Shown: positions 23,730 through 34,157 of the stretch, piece by piece | Layout: the number at the start of each line of letters is the position of its first letter | Numbering within the stretch: the stretch's first letter is position 1 | Assembly (NCBI GenBank): GCA_014905635.1 | Contig: JABVCE010000038.1 | Span: 62,001-126,000 of the forward strand | Length of the DNA stretch: 64,000 nucleotides | Reading direction: 5' to 3' | Source of the DNA: Scenedesmus sp. PABB004 | Lineage: Eukaryota | Program-made: the position numbers and the translations under genes | The notes under the pieces: generated by a model | The model's input: the letters and a program-made list of their open reading frames with translations, nothing else | The model's database searches: none | Told to the model about the DNA's origin: nothing

Positions 23730-26700
23730 TCACGCGGCGCCGCCAGAGGCAGCAGAGGCGTAAAGCACCTGCAGCTCGCACTGCAGGCCCTTGCCCTGGG
23801 GCAGCTCCACCTCGAGCCGGCCGGTGTAGGGGTCATGCGCAAAGTTGTGGGGCGCGAGGTTGATCAGCACGCGCGCCGGCGCCGCGCTCGAATAGGCGAG
23901 GAAGCGGCCGCACCCGCGCAGCGCGAGCGCCGCGACCGCGAGCGGCGCGCCGCCGGCGCCGGCGCCGGCGCCGGCGCCGCCCGCGGGCGCGCCGCCCGGC
24001 GCGACGCTGCAGCTCAGCACCGCGCCGCCGCCGTTGAACATCTCGACCAGGCCCAGCGGCGCAAACGCGACGCCGCGCGCGCGGCGCAGCGGCGAGACCC
24101 AGACCAGGTCGCTGCCGGCGGGGTCGAGCGAGACCTCGAGGCCGTGCGTGCCGCCGCGCACGCTCAGCTCCTCCGTCCCGTAGCGGTACACCACAAACTC
24201 CTGCTCCGCCGCCTGCTCCTGCCCCTGCTCCGCCTCCGCCGCCGACGCCTGGGCCGGCGCGCCCGCGGCGGCGCCGCCGTCCACGCCCGCGCCTGCCGCC
24301 GCGCCGCCCAGCGCCCGCCGGCGTCCGCGCGCGGCGGCGCGGCGGCGCGGGGCGGCGGCGGCGCGCGGAAGGGCTCCACGTCGTGCGGCGCCACGGTCGC
24401 CGACAGCCGGCGGCCGCGCGTGTCGTGCTGGTGGAACTTGCGGCGCGTGCGGTCCCAGCTGCTGCCCTGCAGGTTGAACACGCCAACGATGCCCACCACG
24501 GCGTTGACGTTCCACACCTGCGCGCGCAGCGCCGCGCCCGGCGGCGCGCGCAACGCGCGTGGGCGGCGGCGCGGGCAGGCGCAGAGGCGCGCCGGGCCGG
24601 GCGCGAGCGCCGCGGCGCGCCCCCCGCGGGTCGCGCCGGCGGCGGCGCCTGGGCGGCGCGGGCGAGCCGCAGCGCACGCGCGCGCGCCGCAGCCACGCAC
24701 CTTGAGCAGGCTCGCGCCGTCGCGCAGCGGGTCGGTGAACAGGCAGTCGCGCGTGGGGCGGCCCGGCAGCGCCGCGCGCAGCACGCCGCCGTCGGGCAGC
24801 ACGAGGCGGCGCAGCAGCGCAAAGTCGTGCTGCCCGGGGCGGTCCGACACATACACGGCGCCGCCGCTCACGGCGCGGGCCATGCCGTGCAGCACGCCTG
24901 CGGCGGGGCAGCCGCAGCGGCGGCAGATGCGTCAGCACGCGGCGCCCGGCGGCGGCGCCAACGCCGCGGCGCGTGCCCCGCCGGCGCGCCCGCGCGCGCC
25001 GCCGTCGCCGCCCGCCGCCCCATCCATCCGCACCCGCGGGGTGTGCCGACTGGAACATGTCCCAGTCGGGCTGCACGAGCGCGCCCATGTAGAGGGAGTT
25101 GTAGGCGCACGCGCCGATGTGGGGCGTGGAGGAGGCGGGGTCGCGGGGGTAGTAGTCGTCGCTCACGCGCGCGACCGCGGTCGCGGCAAACCTGGGCGGC
25201 GGTGGGGAGGGTGTGAGTGAGTGAGCGAGTGAGTGAGTGGGTGAGTGGGTGAGTGGGTGAGTGAGCGAGTGGGGCGAATGGGGCGAGTGAGTGGGGCGAG
25301 TGCGGGAGGGAGGCGTGGCGCGCGTGGGGGCGGCGTGCCCGTGCGCGCGCGCGCGCCTGTAGAAGTTTTCGGTCGAGTGGCACATGCAGTTGATCGCGTG
25401 ATTGCCGGGGAAGTGCCCCGCGATGCTGCGCTCGAGCGCGGCCTGGAAGCGCCGCGCCGCGGCGGGGCCGCCGCCGAGCACGCTGCCGACGAGGCCCACG
25501 CCCGCCTGGCAGTCGACCTTTACGCCGTCGACGCCGCAGGACGCGAGGTAGCTGTGCATGCTGCTGTAGAGCGCGTCGGGGTTGGCCGCGATGCCCACGC
25601 CTGCGCATGCGTGTGTGGTCAGCGCGGCGCGCCGCGGCGGCGGCCGGGTGAGAGGGGGCGGGACGGGCGCCGTCGTGCGGCGCGCGCGCGCGCATCCGGA
25701 TGCAAGCGCAGCGCAGCGCAAGCAGCGTGCCGCGCGCCCGCACCCGCGAGCACGGCGGGGCTCCACATGAGGCTCGGCTCGACCTCCGCGATGCTGTCGG
25801 TGGGCTTGGGGAACACGAGCGTCGCGCCGCTCACGCCGCCGAGCGCGGGCGCGTCGGGCATGACGCCGCCCCAGTAGGCCGGCAGGCCGTGCCAGCAGTA
25901 CACATACCGCACGCCAAAGCTGCGGCGGCGCGGCGGGCGCGCGCGGCGGCGGCGCGGCGGGCGCGCGGCGGCGACACAGTGGGCGCGCGGCAGCGGCGCG
26001 GCGGGCGCGCGGCGGCGGCGCGGCGGGCGCGCGGCGCGGGGCGGCGGAGCACGCGCGCCGGGCGGGGGCGGACCGGCCCGCACGCGGCTGCGCCAGCTGC
26101 GCGCCACACCGCGCAGCTGTGGCGCGCGCGCACCGCTGCTTGATCGCCGCGACGACGGCGGCAAAGTCGGCGGGCGTGGACTCCCAGTCCTCCTCGGGCC
26201 CGGCGTCGAGGCGCGCAAACTTGGCGTTTGCCTCCACGCTCGTGAGGCGGCGCGTGAAGTCGGACGCGCTCGCGAAAAAGGTCAGCAGCGTGCCGCGCAG
26301 GAAGCCCTGCAGGCACGCGCGCGAGAGAGGAAGAGGGTGAGAGGGCGCGCGCGCGCGCGCGCGTGAGAGCGCGCAAGCGGGCGGCGCAGCACGGTGGCGC
26401 AGCACGGCGGCGGCGCCCGGCCGCCGCCGCCCGGCGCGCGCGCCGTGCCGCGCGCCGCGCGCGCCGCGCCGCACCTGCGCGACGGCCGCGAACGCGCGCG
26501 TGCGCAGGCTGTGCGGCGGCGCGGGCTCGATGACCCACTGATAGAACAGCAGGTAGCTCGCGGTCAGCAGCCCCGCCAGCGCGCCGGCGGCCTTCTGGGC
26601 CCAGCGGATGACGATGAACTGCTGCCGCGGCGTCGGCGCCGCCGCCGCGAGCGCGCGGCGCACCGCGGCCTTGCCGCCCGCGGCCGCGGCCTCGAGCGCC

Positions 26701-29700
26701 GCCTCCGCCTCGGCCGCGGCGTCGAGCAGCGGCGCGCGCGCGTCGGCGGCGGGGCTGCCGCGCTGCGCCGCCCAGTCGGGCGCGGAGCCGGCCGCGCCGT
26801 CGCCGTCGCCGGCGGCGCGGCGCGGCGCGGGGCGCGCCCGCGCCGCCGCCGCGGCGCCCCGCGCGGCGATCTCCGCCTCCTTGGCCGCGGCGGCCGCGTC
26901 GGCGGCGGCGTCCCAGGACGCCGCGGGCGGCGTGTGGTGGTGCGCGATGGCGCCCGTGTTGGCGACCGTGGGGAAGAGGTTGCGCACCTCCTGCTGCATC
27001 GCGGGGGACGCCTCGGCCAGGAGCTTGGCGTTCTCCTCGTAAAACGTGTCCTGCGAGCGTTTAAGGGGGGGGGGGGTGCACGGGGGCACAGAGTCACGGG
27101 CAGGGACGGGCGGCGGCCGGGCCGGAGGCGGGGGCACGCGCGCGGGGGTGGGGGCGGGTCGGCGCCGCGCGCGCGGCGGGGGCGGAGGCGGTGCGGCGCC
27201 GCCGCGGCTCGCGGTTGGCGGCGGCGCGCGGTGACGCCTCGCTGCCGCTCACAAGCCGCGGCGGCGCCGCCCGCCCTCAACCCCGGCCCCGGCCCCGCGG
27301 CGGCGCGCGCCTGCGTCTCCAGCACCATCTCGCGCGGGCCGTCGAGCAGCGCTCCCGCGCGCGTGCCCTCGAGCTCGCCGACCAGCTTGTCAGCGAGCAC
27401 CGCGGTCGGGGCCTTGCCGTACGGCGGGTCGATGTCGGTGAGCTGGGCGGGTTTAGGGAGGGTTGTGCAGGGTCGTGCGGGGTTCAGGGTTCGGGCCGGG
27501 GGCTCGGGCGGGTCAGCACTCGCGCCGCGCCGCGGGTCAGCCGCAGGTCAGCACTCGCGCCGCGGGTCAGCACTCGCGCCGCGGGTTTCGGGGTTGGGGG
27601 CGAGGGTGGGGCGAGGCGTGTGGCCGGGGCGGCGGCGCGCGCGGGCGGCCCGCGGGCTCGGTGCTGCGCTATACATATCTCGGCGCTGTGTACCTGCCAG
27701 CCGTCATCAATGATCAGGAGGTGGGGGTGCAGCCCGCCCGCCTGCAGGCTCGACAGGCCCTCCACGAGGCCGCGCGCGCTCACGGTCGAATAGAAGGCGT
27801 CCCAGGTGCACCTGCGACCCCGTGTGCGCGCGTGTGTGTGTAAGTGTGTGTGTGAGCGTGCGTGCGCGCGTGTGTGAGTGTGGAGGGGGGGGGCGGGGGG
27901 GGTGGCGGCGCGCGGTGTGGTGCGCGGCGCGACACACGGCGTGCGCACCAGCCGAAGCCGTCGAGGCTCGCCGGCAGCGCCTTGGCGGCGCGCGGCGCCG
28001 CGCCGCCGGAGAGCGCGGCGCCCGCGGCGACGCCGGCGTCGACGAGGTGGAACGGGTCGGTGCCGACGGCGAGCAGCAGCACGCCTGCGGCCGCGCGCGC
28101 GCGCGCGCGCGGTCGGGCGCCGGGGCGCCACAGGCCGGGGCGGCGGCGCCGGCGGCGCGGCGCCGGCGGCGGCGGCAGCGGGGCTCACTGTCGCACGACT
28201 CGCCCAGCTTGGAGTCGTCGCCGCTCTCGACGCGCATGACGACCTGCCCCGCGCGGTCGGCGCCCCAGGCCCTGCGCCGCGCGGCGCGGCGCGCGGTGGT
28301 TTAGCAAGCGAGACCCTGCTGCGTGGAGAACATGCCCCCCAGCACACGACTCGACAAAATCAACGGCAACGGCACGCGGCGGCGGCGCACGCGGCATCAG
28401 CAGCGGCGGCGAGCGAGCGCGTGCGCCGAGCCCCTGCCGCTGCGGCGCCAGGCCGATCGCGCCGCGCGCATCCCGGGACGACACGGGGGCAGCCTAGGGG
28501 CCCCTTGCCGCCCCCCCAGCGGGCGCGGGGCGGCCCGAGAGGATGCAGGGCCTCCCGGACGGCGGATCCGCGGCCAAGCGGCCACGCCTGGCCCCGCTCT
28601 CGCCGGCGGGCGGCATGGGCCACGCGCAGGGGTGAGCGCGGGGCCGCCAACCGCGCGCAGCGCGGCCCCAGGGCGCGAGGCAGCAGCCAACCGCAACACC
28701 ACGCACGCAGGCGAGACGGCCCCGACGACCTGGTGGCCTACATGGCCTCCCGCGGCGGCAGGGTGCGCGACGGCGCACCGCGCGGCCGCCGCGCCACGCC
28801 GCGGCGGGCAGCAGCGGCAGCAGCGCACACGCGTGCCACGCCAACCACGCGCCGCCACGCCGCCAACGCGCCACACCACAGATCCAGGAGCTCGAGGACG
28901 AGCTGGCGGCGCTGTGCGGCGCGCACGCGGCGGCGGCCGCGGCGGCCGAGGCGCGCGAGGGCGAGGTCGCGTCGCTGCGCGCGCAGCTGACCACCTGGCG
29001 CGCGGTCAAGGACGCCGAGGCAGCCAGCCTGAACAGCAGCAACGCGCAGCTCGCGGAGCAGCTGACGCGGGAGATCGCCCGCGCGCGCACGCTCGAGGGC
29101 CAGCTCGCGCGAGCGCAGGCCGACGGGGTGCGCGGCGCCCGCGCCGTGATGCACTTGTGCTCGACTAACTCTGGCGCCAGCACACACCAACGCCGCCGCA
29201 CCCCGCCCCCGACCGCGGCGCAGGGCCGGAGCAAGCTCGAGGCGGAGCAGCTGCGGGCGCAGCTGGCAGACGCGCTGGCGGGCGCCGCGGCGGCGGGCTC
29301 GTCCGCCGAGGGCAGCGTGCGGGAGCTCGGCCAGCAGCTCGCCGCGTGCCAGCGCGACGCGGACGAGGCGCGCCGCGCGGCGGCGCAGGCGGCCGCGCTG
29401 CAGGCGGAGCGGCTGCAAGCGGAACAGGACGCGCACGCGGTCGCGGCGCGGCAGCTGGCCGACGCGAAGCAGCAGCTCACGGCCGCGCTCGCGCGCGCCG
29501 CCGAGGCCGACGCGGCGGCGGCAGACGCGCAGGGGCGCGCGATCAAGGCGGAGATGCAGGCGGCGACCATGGCGAGCAGCGACGGCCAGGTGCTGCTGAA
29601 GACGCTGCAGGAGCAGCTCCGCGCGCAGGGCGAGGCGCTCGCGGCGGCGCGCGCGGGCGCGGCGCAGGCGGCTGCGCTGCCGGGCCTGCAGGCGGGGCTC

Positions 29701-32639
29701 GCAGAGGCGCAGCAGGAGCTGCGCGCCGCGAAGCGCAGCCTTGAGGAGGCCCAGCTCGGCGCGGCGCAGGCTGAGGGGCTGCGCAACGAGCTGGACCTCT
29801 GGCGCACCGCGTTCAAGGTGCGGGGTCCATGCGAGGCACGCGGCCGGCTGCTGGCCGCCGCCCCGCTGCGAGCGGCCTGGGTGACCGCGCGCCGCCCGCC
29901 CCGCCCCGCTGCCCCCGCCCCCGGCGCAGAGCGCGCTCGGGCTGGACCACCCGAGCCCGCAGGCGCTCGCGGCGCTGCAGAGCAAGCAGCAGCATGCGGA
30001 GAAGCAGCGCCACGACGCGCAGGTGGAGCTGTCGTCGCTGCGCTCGGAGTGCGCGGAGCTGCGCGCCGCGGCCGAGGCGGGCGAGGCGGCGCGCGCCACG
30101 CTCGAGGGCGAGCTGCACAAGGCGCAGCAGCAGCTGTCGCAGGCGCAGGTGTTTGTAAAGCTCTCGCAGAGCGAATGCGAGGGCCTCAAGCGCCTCGTCG
30201 CGCTGCTGGAGCAGGAGCAGGAGCGCCCCAGCGGCGGCGACGGCGCGGCCGGTGGCGGCGCCGACGGCGCGGCCGGCGGGGCCCCGAGCGCGGCGGACGC
30301 CGCCAAGGCCGCGGGCCTGCAGGCGCTGGTGGAGCAGCTGCAGGCGGCGCAGGGCGAGCTGCAGGCGCAGCTCGCGGCCGCGACCGAGGCCGAGGCGGCG
30401 GCCAAGGCGGGCGCGGCAGAGGCGGCGGCGGCGCTGAAAAAGCAGGAGCGCGAGCTGGACGAGCTCGCCGCGACCGTCGACGCGCTGCAGGCGCAGCTGT
30501 CGGGCGGGGAGTACGACCCCACGCGCACGCGCGTGCTGCACCTCGTGCACAACCCCGCGGCCGAGCTGGAGCGGCTGCAGGACAAGGCCGACATTGAGCG
30601 CCTGCGAGAGGAAAATGCCGCGCTGCGCGGCGCGCTCGCGCGCGCGAGCGCGAGCGCGGCGGGCGCCGCCGCCGGCGCGGCGGGCGCCGCGGGCGGGGGC
30701 GCGTCCGCACCCGACGCCGCGCCGGCGGCGGGGGCGGCGGCGCCGGGCGCCGCGGCGGGCGGCGGCGCGCCCGACGCGGACGACCCCCTCGTCGCCGCCG
30801 CGGTCGCGGCGGCCGAGGCCAAGCTGCTCACGCGCAAGCTCGCGGCGGCGGAGAAGCAGGTGCGGCCGGCCGGACGCCCACCCGGCGCCGCCACACGGCC
30901 CCGCCGTCGCTGCGACCGCTGCCCGAGCGCCGCCATCCGCCCGCCCACCGCCCGCCCGCCCGCCGCCGCCGCCGCGGCCAGGTCAGCGCGCTCAAGGACG
31001 TCTTCAAGCAGCGCGTCAAGGCACTGCGCGAGGCCTGCCGGTGCGCGCCCGCCCGGCAAGCGCCTCAGGAAAAAAAAACACGCAACGCTCGGCACCAACT
31101 CAACGCACACTCACACTCAACCCGCACCGCCCTGCCGGCCTGCTGCCCTGAACCCTGCCGCCGCCCCGCAGCGCGCTGTTTGGGTACCGCATGGACATGG
31201 TCAGCGACCCCTGGCCCGACGTCGGCCGCGCGCCGACGACCTACACGCTCAGCAGCGTGCTCGGCCCCAAGGACGACGTGCTCATGTTCAGGTGAGGCGC
31301 ACCGCCGCGCTGCCGGCGCGTGCTGTGCCGTGCGCCGCCGCTGCCGGCGCGCGCTGTGCTGTGCGCCGCCGCCTGCGCGCCCACGCGCCCACGCGCCCAC
31401 GCGCCCCGCCGCCCGCCTGTGTCCCTTCCTCGTAGGTACCACCCCGACGCGGAGCCCGCGTACAGCCTGCTCAAGACGCCGCTGAGCGCGGCGCTTGCGC
31501 AGGAGGTGGAGGTGTTTGTGACCAACTTTGGCTCCATCCCCGCCTTCACCGCCAACCGCACCGTCACGCTCTTCCAGCAGGCGACGAGCTCGGGGCCCGC
31601 GTGAGCGAGCGCGGCGCGCGCGGCGCGTTGGCAACTGCGCTGGCAACTGCGCTGGCAACTGCGCTGGTAACTGCCCGGCGACGCCGGCCGCGACCGCTCA
31701 AGGAGGACGAGATCGCGCGGCTGGGCGCCGCGCGCGGCACGCGCCCCCCGCGGCGGCGCGCCGACACAACACGCAGCAACGACAGCACACACAGACAAAC
31801 CAACGACGCAACCCGCCGCGCGCGGCGCGCAGCCCCCGGCCGGCCCACCTGTTGGGCCGCAGCGTGGCCCGGAAGTCTCCATCGATGAGGGGCAGGACGA
31901 GGCCGTACGCCTGCTCGCCGCCGGCGCCGGCCTCGAGCTCCAGCAGCAGGAACTGTGTCTCCGGCGGCAGCGCACCGCCGCTGCTGCCCCACTCGGGCGT
32001 CATCCACCAGAGCTTGTTGCGCGCGCACGCGAGGAAGCGCGTGAACTTGAGCTGCGCGCGCGCGCGCAGACGCGGACGCGGCGGGAGGGCGGTGAGCCCG
32101 CGGGCGGGCGGCGCTGCACGGCTCGCAGCGCAGAGCGCGACGCGCGCCCGCCGCCGGCTCGCGCAGCTGCGCCGGCGCCGCACCTGGCCCAGGACCACGT
32201 CCCAGCTCGCCGCGGGGCCCTGCTCGCTGCTCGCGCCAAACACGAGCGCCCCGTGCCGCGACTCGCGCGGGTTGAGCGAGAGGCGGGCGCTCGCGCGCTC
32301 CAGCAGCACGCGCCCGCACGCGTCGCGCACGGCGTCGCCGTCGAGCTGCAGCGGCACAATGCTGGGGTGGTCCAGGCTCGGCACGCCGCCGCCGGGCGGC
32401 GCCGCGGCGCTGCCGGTCATGCCTGAGGAGCCTCGCTGCTGCTGCTGCTGCTGCTGCGGCGGCTGCGGCCAGCCGCCCGCCTGCGCGCGCTGCAGCAGCG
32501 CCGCCTGGCTGCCGGCGCCCGAGTCCGACGGCGGCCCTGCGCCGCGGCGGCGGCGGCAGCGGCGGCGGCGCGCGCGCGTCGGCCGGGCGCGCCCGGCGCC
32601 TGCGATCGCCGCCGCCGCGGCGGCGCGGGCGCGCAGCAT
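23730..32639 (-). CDS. Raffinose synthase / seed-imbibition alkaline alpha-galactosidase (GH36) with a 3.58 kb intron
   Basis: KLWWMTP..G..LPPETQFLLLE, FRATL, VESGD, FGWCTWDAFY, LIIDDGWQ, YVYCWHGLPAYWGG, GVDGVKVDCQ, CMCH, RVSDDYYP, PDWDMFQS, VYVSDRPG, RPTRDCLFTDP and FAPLGLVEMFNGGGAV. The start codon is tentative. Confidence 0.92.
25211..25295. repeat. (GAGT/GGGT)n tetranucleotide microsatellite in a GH36 intron
   Basis: gtgagtgagtgagcgagtgagtgagtgggtgag... Confidence 0.8.
28742..31604 (+). CDS. MAD1: Mitotic spindle checkpoint protein MAD1, nested antisense in the GH36 intron
   Basis: Long coiled coil, GEYDPTRTRVLHLVHNP (MAD2-interaction motif), LKDVFK..REAC..LFGYRMD and C-terminal SIPAFTA..TLF. 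Confidence 0.88.
31626..31674. repeat. 12 bp tandem repeat (gcgctggcaact) x~4 in the MAD1 3' region
   Basis: Visible directly. The last copy carries GGTAA. Confidence 0.75.
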
Positions 32640-34157
32640 GCGTGCGAGCACTGCGACCGCGCGTGCGCTCGGCGCGGCCGCGCACCTTGCTCAACGCCGG
32701 CCACGCGGCGCGTCGTCGCCGAGGCCAGGACCCGGGGCAGCCTGCCCGGGGGCGGCGCGGGGAGCCGGCGCGGCGCCGCGGCGCCGAGCGGCGCGCGCCT
32801 GCGCAGCAGCGGCAGCGGCCGCCGGCGCCGCGTCAGCGCGGCGCGGCGCGGCGCCGGCGGCTCGCGGCGCGGGCCCAGGATCGCAGCGAGCGCGCAGGGC
32901 CGCCCGCTGCGCAATGCCGCGGCCCGCCAGCGGCGCCGCGCGCGACGGCAGGGCGTGCCGTCGCACGCGCGGGCGGCGAGCGGGCGTTAGGGCCCCCACC
33001 TGGCTCGCAGCCCGAGCGAGGCGCTCCGGGTGCTGATGAGGGCGGTCAGGCTGCTGGCGGAGCGGCACGGAGCGGCTGCTGCTCGCGCCAGCTGCATGCC
33101 GGGTGGCCGCCCGCCCTGCAGGCCACGCGCCCTGCAGGTACAGCGCCACCGGGTGCGCGCCGATCGATCCAACTGCGCGCTGGCACACGGCGCCAGGCGG
33201 CGAGAGGGGGCGGGCCAGAAAGCGTGGGCCACGACAGCGGGCGCGACGCAGGCGCCGCCCTGGTGCTGCGGGAGGCGGCCCTAACTGTGGGCAGAGTGGG
33301 CGCGCCGGCGCCGCCACCGCAGCTGCGCGGCCGCGCGGGCGCCGCGCCGCGCCGCTGCACCGCCGCTGCTCACGCGCGCGCCGCCGGGCCGCTGAACTGC
33401 CGGCAGGGCACGTGCTGGCGCAATTGACGGTGATGGGAGGCCGTGGGCGGGTGGCGGCGCGCACACGAAGCCGCACGCTCGCCGCGCGCGCTCGACGTCG
33501 CCGCCGCAACCCGCGCCCGCGCGCACGGTCGGGCGTCCGGCGAGCCGATCGCGTTCGATGTTGCGGCTCGCGTTCGTTGCGTGGTGAGCTCCGCAGACCC
33601 TGCGCGGTCTCGCGTCAGCGGCAGCTCGGTCGGCTCCCGCGACGCCCCGCGCTGTGCCTCGCCCGCCCCCCAGCGCGCCCGCGGGCCGGCCATTCATGAA
33701 TCCCGTGAGCTCCTCACGACCACGAGGCACGATGCGCCAGCAGGCGGCCAGCCCGTAGACGCGGCCGGCAGCAGCCAGCCGCGCCCAGCCCGCCACCCCG
33801 CCCCGCGCGCAGCGGGCCGGAAATCGCACACGCCGGGGCGCGTGAGCATCTTCGACCCTCTCACTCAGCAGTCAGCGACTCGCGGGGCGCATCAGGTCCG
33901 GCAGCGCGCGCGAGCGCGGCGCTTGCCGCGCGCGCCCGCCCCGCGCGCGCGGGGCGCCCGGCGGCCCGGCAGCGCGCCTGCGGGGTGCCAGGAGCCTCAA
34001 CAGCTCGGGCCGAGCTCGGCGCGTCGCGGCGTGGCCCCGGTTGGCCCCGGCAGCAGCAGCCAGCGCCCCCGCTGCTGGCCGCGGCCACGCGCCCACGCGC
34101 CCACGCGCTCACGCGCCCGCGCGCCGCCCGCGCCGCCGCCGGCCTCCAGCAGGCCAC

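Larger units (their letters stand above)
28272..31848 (-). other. Giant phase-2 GT-AG intron of the GH36 gene hosting MAD1
   Basis: Donor CCC AAC AG|GTGGG at 31848 and acceptor CAG|G GCC TGG at 28272. The joined read is FRATLRPNR-AWGADRAGQVVMRVESGD, which follows the family motif order. Confidence 0.88.

Noticed and set aside
31849..32639. A separate short GH36 fragment gene
   Set aside because: It is the N-terminus of the 23730-28271 gene. The phases match and no motifs are duplicated between the two parts.
32640..34157. Possible gene in the 1.5 kb divergent gap (likewise 62310-63886)
   Set aside because: No recognisable coding motifs. Consistent with promoters and UTRs.
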